Shown here: one piece after another, positions 21,144 through 30,359 of the stretch | Numbering within the stretch: the first letter of the stretch is position 1 | Layout of the letters: every line of letters begins with the position of its first letter | Assembly (NCBI GenBank): GCA_963830915.1 | Contig: CAWHOE010000006.1 | Span: 192,001 to 256,000, forward strand | DNA from: a candidate division FCPU426 bacterium | GTDB taxonomy: Bacteria > Oederibacteriota > Muellerivitia > Muellerivitales > Muellerivitaceae | Length of the DNA stretch: 64,000 nt | Reading direction: 5' to 3' | Notes under the pieces: model-generated | Seen by the model: the letters and a program-made list of their open reading frames with translations, nothing else | What the model was told of the DNA's origin: nothing | The model's database searches: none | Position numbers and translations under genes: made by a program

Positions 21144-21926
21144 TCAATAAAATTCCACATCATCTATGGAAAAATCAACAATGACATTACCTTGAACGTT
21201 GTTATTGTTCTCCGCCCACATCAGCCAAAGGACCTGGGTCAGATTATTACCCGCGAGATTTTGTGGTCCAGGGACAAAAGGCCAACCAAAGCCCTGACGT
21301 TGAAAATCCGTAAAGGCATGGGATACCAATGCCCATTTACCGTTGGTACTGCTGTAAGGCACGAAAAAGTGGTCATAGCATTTCCCAGAACTATTGTCGC
21401 AACCCCCGCCCCCTTGGACAGCTTGGGTCTGGTAAGTCGGGATCTCAAATATCCTTTTCCCTGCGGTGTCATCGCCGGCCACATTCAAATAAAACTTCAC
21501 GCCGGTAAAAAAACTCATATTGTACTCATTCCCGCTTTCCAGCCGGGCTTCAACATCGACTTCCGGATAGGACCCATTCCCAGGATCATCCAAATTAGCG
21601 AAAGTCCTAAAAGCGAAACCAGTTCCATCTGATCCGGGTGAAACAAGGGTACCTAAAGCGAAAGGTATCGACGCGGGAAAATTATTGACTAAAGTCACCC
21701 CACCCGGATGGATCACCTGATTGCCTGGCGCACCGACTTCAAAAAGATTAGGGTTGATAGAGACGCTTCCGCCAGGAGGCGCGTCGAAATTAGCGACTAA
21801 ATTATAGTTGGGAGTGGTGTTTGGAGCTGAATAGGCGTTGGTCGGCGGAACCTTAGTGTTACAAGCACAAACACCCAACGCAATAACCAATACTCCCGAG
21901 AGTAAAAGTTTAGAACTTAATTTCAT
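21144..21926 (-). CDS. Lipoprotein with CBM11/CIA30-like fold (paralog 2)
   Basis: Lipobox VCAC; VANFD...YPEVD...FTGVKF...C...CYDHF...RQGFG...FSIDDVEFY. Confidence 0.65.
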   Translation of the reverse strand: MKLSSKLLLSGVLVIALGVCACNTKVPPTNAYSAPNTTPNYNLVANFDAPPGGSVSINPNLFEVGAPGNQVIHPGGVTLVNNFPASIPFALGTLVSPGSDGTGFAFRTFANLDDPGNGSYPEVDVEARLESGNEYNMSFFTGVKFYLNVAGDDTAGKRIFEIPTYQTQAVQGGGGCDNSSGKCYDHFFVPYSSTNGKWALVSHAFTDFQRQGFGWPFVPGPQNLAGNNLTQVLWLMWAENNNNVQGNVIVDFSIDDVEFY

Positions 21927-24333
21927 ACGTCAACTCCATGAACTGATTGTTCAAAGAAATCGCCGGAGCGGTTCCAAACTGATTCGATCCCCAAGACATG
22001 TCGTAATCCATGAACAAGCTGGAATTCCGATTGATCGTGATCACGCTGGATAGCCTCCAACTATTGGTGTTGTTATTCACAGTAAAAACGCTGTAACTCC
22101 CCAAATCAGTATTGTCGAATAAGTAAGGATACCTGGCAAAAAAGGTACCATTGTAACCCATGTCACTTCCACTGGCCGTCAAGTTGCTGAAAGCTGCTGA
22201 GATATCCCACCCAGGGAGTGCTCCAACCCTAAGTCCTCCCAGGATCCAAGTGCTAGTCAGTGTCCCGACAGAACTATTGGTCTGTTCCAAACGGATATTG
22301 GTTCCCACCTCAAAATCCCGATCAAAACCCATTGACGGCCCAAAATTAAAAGAAGGACCCAGGTTTATATAAACAAAGTTCCTGACTGGAACCGCTTGGG
22401 TGACCGCAACCCCGCCAATAATCGTAACCGGATTATCGACCCCGGTAAAACCAGTTCCAGCTGTGTCAACAACAAGATTACCACTCATTTCTTCGACATA
22501 GTAGGCCGAGCCTTTTATTTTCAAAGCTTGTTTTTCAAGGGTTTTAACGTCTATCTCAAAACCGCCCCCTTGCCGATTGGGGGTCCCTAAACCATAGGGG
22601 AATGTGTTATCCATGGTCCTGTCATAAAAACTGTAGATCGCTCCAGCGCGCGGAACATCCGACAGGAATTGTTGCGGACGTAATACAGCTGAATAGAAAT
22701 CCGGTGTCATTCCAGAAGTCAGGTTGGTCGTATCGGATAACTCCGTGACACCATCCTGACGAGTTTGAGCGAGCGGTGAATAATAAGAGGGTCCTACGTT
22801 GATGTAATTGAAGGATATCTTTGAATATCCGAATTGGAAATAGGGACCGCCTAACATGGCGTAATCACTCAAAGTCTTGTTAGCGTCGGTCTTATCATCC
22901 TGATAACTGGACAGGGCCATTTCCATGTTGATCCCCAGATATGTGTCCCCGCCAAAACCCATTCTCAGGTCGGGCTTCCAGCTTCCGATCTGGTACTGGT
23001 GTGCCCAGGTCGAAGGATCGAAATGATTGTAAGGTGAATTAGGTTGGGTAGAATCCAGTGGTTCATCTAATATCACACCATAAGCATCGACCGATAATTG
23101 CACTGAGGTATTGCCCGCGTACCATTTTTTCGATTTCAAGCTGGCGGTTCCCGCGAAGATCCAATCGGTATAGAGATTAGGACCGAAGTAAAGGCTGTTC
23201 TTGTTGTAGTCGTTGAAACCGTTGCGGATCATGTCGGTAAAGACAGAAACTTTAAAATCTTCCAACACCCTTGAATCCGGCCACATTAATTCCGTCCCCA
23301 TCCTCAAACCACGAAAAGGCCAGTTGGGTTCTTGGTTCAAAAAGCTCTCGTATTTTGCGGTATCATCCATTCTAGCCCACATCTCAGGCATATAACGCAG
23401 GTCCAGGTTATCCCTGTTCCAAAGAGTCAAGGGGGTATAAGCTTCGTAAAAATCTCCAACAGTCGCCACCATGAAAGATGGTTTTAATTCAGCGGTTATG
23501 GTCCGGAAATAGATCTGATCATTGGCTAAAGTTGGGTCGAACTGACTGTTGAACCGGATGATACCGTTCCAACTTATTTCCTTGGAAACCACCGCTTCTG
23601 GCTGAAGATCTAAATAACCAGATATTTTCCTGGATCCAGGGGTGGAATAAATATCGCTTCCCGGATCACCGAAATATTGCTGAGAGATCCCGAATGCCCT
23701 TCCCAGCCCATGGACAGAAAGAGAAGGATTTTCATGGGCCTCTAAACTTCTCCAAAGTTTATATTGGTCCGCGTCCACAGCGGCTAGATGATTTTGGACT
23801 CCGCTGAGTTTGTCCTTCACCTCTTTAAGTTCATACTGATAAGCCTCGTCCAAACTATGAAGGGTCTCGGCGGCCTTCGCCAGCTCGGCTGAATCATCTG
23901 GGGTCGGTTGCGGGACAGGCGGAACGGTACTGGCCGATGGTAAAGCCGGCGGCGCAGCAGATCCATTATCAGCCGAAGGAACGGTCACAACAGGTGGCGC
24001 TGGAGCCGGAGCCGCCGTTGAGGATGATGGTGAAGTCGCGGAACTATCATCAGGTGGTGGAGGGACATCCATGTCCGCTTGAGCGACAACAATGTCTTTA
24101 TATCTCTTCTCGGCCGTCAAGATCAGATCAGCCACTTCATAACGTGTCAATGGCGCTTCCGAACTTCCTCTTCCGAGCAATCCAGCTTTTTCCAACTGTT
24201 GTAATTGAGCGTATGTAGGGTCGCTCGAAGGCACCACGGAAAACAAGTTGTCTGAAACAGCGGACCAGGAAACTCCAGCTAGGCCCAGTAACAAAAGCGC
24301 AAGAGCAAGTGAAAGACTAGAAGGACGCTTCAT
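21910..24333 (-). CDS. SLH-like + Pro-rich + coiled-coil + beta-barrel outer-membrane protein (paralog A)
   Basis: Signal peptide; FSVVPSSDPTYAQLQQLEKAGLL...LTRYEVA (SLH-like); coiled coil YQYELKEVKDKL; alternating beta strands; C-terminal YEIKF. Confidence 0.7.
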   Translation of the reverse strand: MKRPSSLSLALALLLLGLAGVSWSAVSDNLFSVVPSSDPTYAQLQQLEKAGLLGRGSSEAPLTRYEVADLILTAEKRYKDIVVAQADMDVPPPPDDSSATSPSSSTAAPAPAPPVVTVPSADNGSAAPPALPSASTVPPVPQPTPDDSAELAKAAETLHSLDEAYQYELKEVKDKLSGVQNHLAAVDADQYKLWRSLEAHENPSLSVHGLGRAFGISQQYFGDPGSDIYSTPGSRKISGYLDLQPEAVVSKEISWNGIIRFNSQFDPTLANDQIYFRTITAELKPSFMVATVGDFYEAYTPLTLWNRDNLDLRYMPEMWARMDDTAKYESFLNQEPNWPFRGLRMGTELMWPDSRVLEDFKVSVFTDMIRNGFNDYNKNSLYFGPNLYTDWIFAGTASLKSKKWYAGNTSVQLSVDAYGVILDEPLDSTQPNSPYNHFDPSTWAHQYQIGSWKPDLRMGFGGDTYLGINMEMALSSYQDDKTDANKTLSDYAMLGGPYFQFGYSKISFNYINVGPSYYSPLAQTRQDGVTELSDTTNLTSGMTPDFYSAVLRPQQFLSDVPRAGAIYSFYDRTMDNTFPYGLGTPNRQGGGFEIDVKTLEKQALKIKGSAYYVEEMSGNLVVDTAGTGFTGVDNPVTIIGGVAVTQAVPVRNFVYINLGPSFNFGPSMGFDRDFEVGTNIRLEQTNSSVGTLTSTWILGGLRVGALPGWDISAAFSNLTASGSDMGYNGTFFARYPYLFDNTDLGSYSVFTVNNNTNSWRLSSVITINRNSSLFMDYDMSWGSNQFGTAPAISLNNQFMELTYEIKF

Positions 24334-26635
24334 AAGCTATCCTCCATATCTGGTCGTTCCGGTTGTAACTCGGGACATCGGTCCAAGTATATTTATTCAG
24401 GAACAGATCCCCCCGGAAATGGATCGCTGGGGTCAAAGGATATAATAATCCGAAAGCCCAACTGGTCCTGGTGATGTTCAAAGCTTGATAAGAATAATTA
24501 CCAATCGAGGATGTGTCTAAATAGAAAGGATAATTGGCGTCAGTCGGAGGACTACCTCCGCTTAGTACATACTCGCTTCCCGTGGACTTGGCACTCTCGA
24601 AAGCTAGTGACCAGACCAAGGAATCAAAACCCTGAACGGGCAGATTAAAATCAGCGCCACTGATGAACGTATTCACCGAATAAGGACTTCCATTCAACCC
24701 CAAATAGGTCCGTTGGTTCTTGTAATCGATCGCCACATTATAGGTACTGCCTTTCATGTCCAACGCCTTGGCGATATCAGCGCTTAATGCGCCTTCCCAG
24801 CCGCCGAACTTGCGAGCGTTCTGGGTGGGGGTCCCGCTTTCCACAGCGACCCCTCCCGTTCCAGCGCCATTCAAGACCCAGTTAGGTTGGATCTCATGCA
24901 TACCTAAGTTGCCCGAATCCAAAATATAAGACGCTTGCGGTTTCATCCATCCCCGGTCCCCGATATCAGCCGAGAAACCCAGGATCATTCCCAAACGGTT
25001 AGGAGTAGCGTCTCCATAAGGAAGGACATTCTCCACCATCCTGTCATAAGTGGCGAATTCAGGCCGTTGGGCGTTCTGGAAAGGCGTTCCGTTCAGTGAA
25101 TAATCCAACCAACTATCCAAGTAATTGGAATTCACATAGCCTTGAGAGCCGGGCAAGGAACTATAACGACTGGTCTGGGCGCCAGGAGAGTAAAAATAGG
25201 GGCCAATGTTCAGATATTTCCCAGTCAAGTGAACACCTTGGATGTTGATGGAACCATCGGCCAAGACAGCCCAATCCTGAAAAACCCTCTGAGGATTGTT
25301 GACATCATCCTGGTATTGGCTGTAAGCAGTCTCCACTGAACCTGCAACATAGACATCCGTATCGATCGGCAGATTAGCGCGGGCCTTCCAGCTTCCGATC
25401 TGGTTCTGCCGGGGAAAAGTGGTCGAAAAATCAGGCAGATAAGGCACCGAGGCGCTAGAGGGATCATCCCAGAGCATCAATCCAGTACCGATGAATTCTA
25501 CGTTGTCACTGAAGAAGCTCATGGAAGCCTGACTTCCAGCGTAATAACTGCCAAAACTGAACGTTGTAGCCGATTTCATTTCTCCCGCCATGGCCTGTAA
25601 TTTGAAATGGCTTAACACATCATCCTTTGGAACGAAAAGGTCGCCCGCGGCCTGTAATCCGCGTAAGTGCCAATCCGGTCCATGATCCATATAGACCAAC
25701 TCCTCCACATCTTGGCGGTTACGTTTATAGGAGGTTGGCTCAATGAAGTTGTAATCGGGGATCTCATAATTCCAAAGGGTCAGGGGTGTATATCTTTTAT
25801 AAAAGTCACCTGCCACGAATGTGGTGCCCTCAGTGAAACTGCTAAGGGATATCCATCGAACATTAAGAGGATTAGTAATGGGATCAGCGTAATAAAGACC
25901 AATGGTTCGATAGATCCGGATTCGGGCGTCAAAAAGAACGGAAGGAACCGGTACGCTCTTCAGCCGCATTTCCATCAACATGATGTCATCGTTTTGCATG
26001 GGCCCGTAGATGGAACTGTTCCCAAAGCCACGGTACAAATCGAACCAGCCTCGGGTATAAGCCGAAAGATCCGTTCCAGTACGTTTCAGATATTCCTGCT
26101 GAAGATCGGAAAACCTCTCATTGCGGTGCATCTGTTGGTAGATCTTATCCTCCAACTTAGCCACATTCACATTCATGGCCGTCAACTCGGCCTCAAATTC
26201 CTCGACCAGTTTTTTCAAACTACGGGTCGCGACCATAGCGTTCCCACTCATCGGCGGAAAGACTTGGGATGGCGGCAAAAGGTCCGCTCCACCCGGGAAC
26301 ACAGGACTCGAAGGCACGGCTGGCGCCTCGGTCGGCAGTGAAGGACTTCCCGGCAAACCAGGAGAGGAAGCATCCAGTGAAGGGGGGAGAACATCCGCTT
26401 GGGCATACAATCTTTCAGAAGCCTGTTGGGTCAACTGGACGATCTGAAGATTGGTCATTTCATTCAAGGGCATAGAAGGTTTGTCCACCAGGCCAGCCGC
26501 CACCAGATCATTCATAGAAAGGTCGATCCAACTGTCCCGATCGGTCGAAACCAAACGACCATGCCCCGCCCACGACGGCGCTACGGCCCCTAAGACCAAA
26601 AGGAACAATAAAATCCGGCTTCTGGAAAATCTCAT
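24317..26635 (-). CDS. SLH-like + Pro-rich + coiled-coil + beta-barrel outer-membrane protein (paralog B)
   Basis: LKKLVEEFEAEL coiled coil; shares GDFY..YTPLTLWN, QIGSWK, NxGP..YSP.AQT and YDR...N..PYG..TPNR with paralog A; C-terminal YEASF. Confidence 0.7.
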   Translation of the reverse strand: MRFSRSRILLFLLVLGAVAPSWAGHGRLVSTDRDSWIDLSMNDLVAAGLVDKPSMPLNEMTNLQIVQLTQQASERLYAQADVLPPSLDASSPGLPGSPSLPTEAPAVPSSPVFPGGADLLPPSQVFPPMSGNAMVATRSLKKLVEEFEAELTAMNVNVAKLEDKIYQQMHRNERFSDLQQEYLKRTGTDLSAYTRGWFDLYRGFGNSSIYGPMQNDDIMLMEMRLKSVPVPSVLFDARIRIYRTIGLYYADPITNPLNVRWISLSSFTEGTTFVAGDFYKRYTPLTLWNYEIPDYNFIEPTSYKRNRQDVEELVYMDHGPDWHLRGLQAAGDLFVPKDDVLSHFKLQAMAGEMKSATTFSFGSYYAGSQASMSFFSDNVEFIGTGLMLWDDPSSASVPYLPDFSTTFPRQNQIGSWKARANLPIDTDVYVAGSVETAYSQYQDDVNNPQRVFQDWAVLADGSINIQGVHLTGKYLNIGPYFYSPGAQTSRYSSLPGSQGYVNSNYLDSWLDYSLNGTPFQNAQRPEFATYDRMVENVLPYGDATPNRLGMILGFSADIGDRGWMKPQASYILDSGNLGMHEIQPNWVLNGAGTGGVAVESGTPTQNARKFGGWEGALSADIAKALDMKGSTYNVAIDYKNQRTYLGLNGSPYSVNTFISGADFNLPVQGFDSLVWSLAFESAKSTGSEYVLSGGSPPTDANYPFYLDTSSIGNYSYQALNITRTSWAFGLLYPLTPAIHFRGDLFLNKYTWTDVPSYNRNDQIWRIAYEASF

Positions 26636-26658
26636 TACGGTTTCTGGTCCTTCCTTAT

Positions 26659-29340
26659 TTAAAACAACAACTGCAAGGTGCTGAACACCTGATCGCCCTG
26701 ATAATCATTCTTCGTAACATAAGTGTCAGTGAAAGTTAAGTGCTTGTAACGGGCCTCCAGCTTCCCACCGCACCAAGGCAGGTCCCAAGCCAAACCGCCA
26801 CCAATCGCTTCTGTCTGATAATTAATCAGCGGCCATGTATAGTCGCATTTCCATGTTTCCACTCCATAATCAAAAAGCAAATTCACACTTTTGACCGCTT
26901 GGACCATCAAACAACCGTCATAGACCACTTGTTCGAACAAGTTCGGAATGTTAGCCGGGATATTGTTCTGAGTAACGGCGGTTCCAACGCCAGACACCTG
27001 GTTGTCCGTAAAGAAGAAAGAAAGATCCAATGGCCTGGTGAACCCGATAGTTTTATATAACTGCCATTTGGTGGTTAAAGTAATGTAGTTATAAGTTTTG
27101 AGATCGTCTAAAAGTAGATATTGGTTCTGGCCAGCTTTAGGACCAATCGTATAAGTCACTGGATTGCCGTTGCCATCCAGTTGGACCGGCACAATAAGAG
27201 GGATCCTCTCCGAACTCAATTGGAATTGGTATCGCACATCATCATAGTTGGTATTATTGTCATTACGAATAGCTTGGATGTTGCTCATAAAATCCGAACG
27301 GACCGCGTAAGCGCCTGTGGCACCTCCACCATAACCGCCCCAGAGATTAAGCCCCCAGAGTCCCTCATCATCGGGATAATAAAAGGTGAGCATATTGAAT
27401 GGTTCAATGACGTTATACCCCTCAGGGCTATATACCGTTCGATATTCCGTCTTTTGAGCCACGTCAAAATTGATGATGATGTCATCCAGAAACTTCGGCC
27501 ATTTCTTCATCCAAGTCTGTTGGCGGCCATTCCATCCAAAGTTCAATCTCCAACCATAACGGTCGCTGATGAGATCATTCACTTCCCCCACCGCTCCGTA
27601 CATATCCCCCGCTTTGTCAAAGGTCATCCCACTCATTCCGTATTGGGCGAAATTGATCCCGCTCATCATGACCTTGCTCTGGAAATTGGCGTAATTGTCG
27701 CTGATAGCAGTGTAATAGGCCGTGAATGGATAGAACGCCACAGAAGCCTGTCCACCAGGCGCGTCGATAGGAGAAGGATTAGTGGGATGCAGGAGGTCTA
27801 GTCCCGTATAGAAGTGGGACAAAGCTCCCTCAAAGTTGAAATAAACAGGGGCCAGATTCAACCCGATTTCCGCTGAATAATCTTTCATATCTAGTTGGGG
27901 GATCTGATTAACCCCGAAGTTATCATTGACCCATATGGTCCCGATCGAGGTGCGTAAGAGCCCATCGGCCCAAGGTTGGGCGTATTTCAAACTTTCTTCC
28001 CACCGTTGAGTTTGGGTTGAGGTGGTACCCATCCGTCCAACCAGGAAATTAAGCCTGGCATCTGGGGAAACCCCAGGCAGATTAGAACCCGTCATGAATA
28101 AACCATCAAATACACGGACGTTGGGATTTTGAACGTTCCCCGCCGTCAAGGTGCTGGTGGCGACAAAACCAACGCTATTCATATAGTCATCCCAGATCTT
28201 TGAGTTCTGATCAGTGCTGAAGTCCTTAACATCGAAAGGATGCTCGAACCGGGTCAGTGATGTGGGAGAAATACCCCGTATGAAATCGCCCAAGTTCGTG
28301 TCGGAGTTATAGCCTTCCACCATGACATTGGTATCCCAATTGCCCAGGGGGCCGTTCAGTTTGAAATCCACGGCAGGAGCCCATGAAAAAACGGAGACAG
28401 GACCAGGCTCGGTAGCGTTCGAAAAGGAAAGGTCGGTTTCCATCCCTACCGAGATAGATCCTTTTCCTCCCAGATCGCTCCACATCCCCAGCGTCATATC
28501 ATTGACCGCCTTGGTCGCGCTAATATCCGCGATCCCTGACAAGTGGAGATTCTCGACTCGGACCTTTTCGACCGAACTGAAGTTCGGGGATCCGACCGCA
28601 TGATTTGCCCTCAAAGCGGCGGCGTCCACTTCCGCCTGGATGGGTTTTAACTTATTCAACTCATCTTCTTGTTCTTTGATGCGGGCGTCATCCAAGCTCA
28701 AACGGGAGCGTAAAAAAGCTGACTCACCATGTAACTCTTTAAGCAGATCCTCGATCTCTTTTTTGACGGCATCGCTCACTGGCAACGACGCGGTCGGAAT
28801 GGTTGGAGGTGCAACCGCGGGGGCTGGAATAGTAGGCGGTAAGATCGTGGCTTGTGTCGGGGTAGACGTTGGGATCTCGGGAACAACGACCGCCGGTCCG
28901 GGAATCGTAGGGGGCTGTAATGAAGGAGGGGCGACTTCGGGCGGCCCCGGAACAGAAGGCACGGAAAGGGTCGGTGTTGCCACGATTGGAACCGCCACGG
29001 TCGGTGTCGGTGTCAATTGAACATTAGAAGCCGGTCCCAGTACGGGAGCTTCTATCCGAGCCTTGGCCTTTTCTGTATAGAACGCCAGTTCCAACCGAGT
29101 GACGGTCTTCCCTTGATCCAAGACCTCTTGATCCTGAGGATCCAAAAGACCGTATCTTTCCAAGTTCTTGACCCGTTGGTAAATCGGTTGATCCGGGTCA
29201 ACATTCTCCCCGGGATTAGCCCAAAGAATTAGTGTTCCTGAAAAAAGGAAACATAAACATAGAAAAAACCGGTTGAAAATGATCGGGAACCTAAGGTTCA
29301 AAAGTAACCCCTGAATTTTGTTTTCCAAAAAAACAATCAA
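26659..29340 (-). CDS. SLH-like + Pro-rich + coiled-coil + beta-barrel outer-membrane protein (C, divergent; start uncertain)
   Basis: VDPDQPIYQRVKNLERYGLL...VTRLELA (SLH-like); P/T/V-rich spacer; coiled coil; C-terminal LQLLF. Confidence 0.65.
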   Translation of the reverse strand: MIVFLENKIQGLLLNLRFPIIFNRFFLCLCFLFSGTLILWANPGENVDPDQPIYQRVKNLERYGLLDPQDQEVLDQGKTVTRLELAFYTEKAKARIEAPVLGPASNVQLTPTPTVAVPIVATPTLSVPSVPGPPEVAPPSLQPPTIPGPAVVVPEIPTSTPTQATILPPTIPAPAVAPPTIPTASLPVSDAVKKEIEDLLKELHGESAFLRSRLSLDDARIKEQEDELNKLKPIQAEVDAAALRANHAVGSPNFSSVEKVRVENLHLSGIADISATKAVNDMTLGMWSDLGGKGSISVGMETDLSFSNATEPGPVSVFSWAPAVDFKLNGPLGNWDTNVMVEGYNSDTNLGDFIRGISPTSLTRFEHPFDVKDFSTDQNSKIWDDYMNSVGFVATSTLTAGNVQNPNVRVFDGLFMTGSNLPGVSPDARLNFLVGRMGTTSTQTQRWEESLKYAQPWADGLLRTSIGTIWVNDNFGVNQIPQLDMKDYSAEIGLNLAPVYFNFEGALSHFYTGLDLLHPTNPSPIDAPGGQASVAFYPFTAYYTAISDNYANFQSKVMMSGINFAQYGMSGMTFDKAGDMYGAVGEVNDLISDRYGWRLNFGWNGRQQTWMKKWPKFLDDIIINFDVAQKTEYRTVYSPEGYNVIEPFNMLTFYYPDDEGLWGLNLWGGYGGGATGAYAVRSDFMSNIQAIRNDNNTNYDDVRYQFQLSSERIPLIVPVQLDGNGNPVTYTIGPKAGQNQYLLLDDLKTYNYITLTTKWQLYKTIGFTRPLDLSFFFTDNQVSGVGTAVTQNNIPANIPNLFEQVVYDGCLMVQAVKSVNLLFDYGVETWKCDYTWPLINYQTEAIGGGLAWDLPWCGGKLEARYKHLTFTDTYVTKNDYQGDQVFSTLQLLF

Positions 29341-29349
29341 TTCAACTGA

Positions 29350-30120
29350 TCAAAAGAACTCGATCTCATCCGCCCAAAAGTCGACATTATACTTGCCCGG
29401 ATTATTGTCGGCGCTATGGTCCCATTTGATGCTCATGAACTCGGTCAAGTGATCGATCAAGTCCGGCGGAGTCACCGGCGAGCCCCAACCCGCCAATCTT
29501 TTGGCCTCTGCGAACGGCAAAACTCTTTGCACCCAAACATCCGAAGGAGCCATATCCAAACCAAAATGGTTGTAGCAATCGTTTTGACAGGTTCCACCAG
29601 CGGTCGTTGGAACGGTCGCTGCGATCGTTATCGAGAAACGCCGTTTGATACAGCTGTCATCCGAGGGGCATTTATAATAAAACCTGATCCCGTCGAATTG
29701 GGAAGCGTCATAATATCCGCTGTCCTTGAACTTACCCTCAAGGGTGAACGCCGGATAGGACTTGTCCCCTTTATCGATCAGGGTTCCGAAAATATGGGCC
29801 GCCATCTTGGTACCGTTCGCTCCACCCGAAACAACAAAATCAGGGCTGATCGTATTTCCGGCGTAAGAGTAGTCGATCCAAGAACCAGAGGAGGCGCCGT
29901 AAAGTTTCGAATTCATGTTCTTGGAGCCATCATCAAAATTCGTGATCATTTTGGCTTCCGCGGGTACATTCACTTTGGGTTTGCTACTGGCGGGATTCAC
30001 CAAACCGACCCGCATGGATGCGTTCTTGGAACCATCGTTGACGAAAACAGCGCCGCAACCGACAAGGAAGGAAATTCCAATGACCGCCAAACCGAAGGAA
30101 GAAATAATTTTCGAGGACAT
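29350..30120 (-). CDS. Lipoprotein with CBM11/CIA30-like fold (paralog 3)
   Basis: Lipobox LVGC; ITNFDDG...GGANGT...YPAFTL...YDASQFDGIRF...GGTCQNDCYNHFG...GWG...FWADEIEFF. Confidence 0.7.
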   Translation of the reverse strand: MSSKIISSFGLAVIGISFLVGCGAVFVNDGSKNASMRVGLVNPASSKPKVNVPAEAKMITNFDDGSKNMNSKLYGASSGSWIDYSYAGNTISPDFVVSGGANGTKMAAHIFGTLIDKGDKSYPAFTLEGKFKDSGYYDASQFDGIRFYYKCPSDDSCIKRRFSITIAATVPTTAGGTCQNDCYNHFGLDMAPSDVWVQRVLPFAEAKRLAGWGSPVTPPDLIDHLTEFMSIKWDHSADNNPGKYNVDFWADEIEFF

Positions 30121-30271
30121 AAAACCTCTTCAAGAAAATTGGGCGGACAAGAGTGACAAAGCCTCGGTATTTTACTAAAAAGCCAAGAAAGCTGTTATCT
30201 TTTTTTCAAGTAGACCCATGTTAATTTCTTTAAAAAAAGGGACCATTTTTGAAGGAGCTTTGTCTAAATGG

Positions 30272-30326
30272 TTATACCGTTAAATCACGGCAAGGCAATG
30301 AAGTATCAACGGCAAAAGCGTTTTTC
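30272..30326 (-). promoter_or_regulatory. Candidate promoter and LacI-type operator upstream of the barrel/lipoprotein operon
   Basis: Minus strand TTGCCT-N16-TATAAC (about 30272-30299); AAAAGCGTTTTTC at 30314-30326. Confidence 0.4.
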
Positions 30327-30359
30327 CTGACTTTGTTCGCTGAGTCACCATAAGAACGT

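Noticed and set aside
21910..29340. SusC-like TonB-dependent receptors
   Set aside because: No plug-domain or TonB-box motifs are visible; the N-termini are SLH-like with coiled coils.
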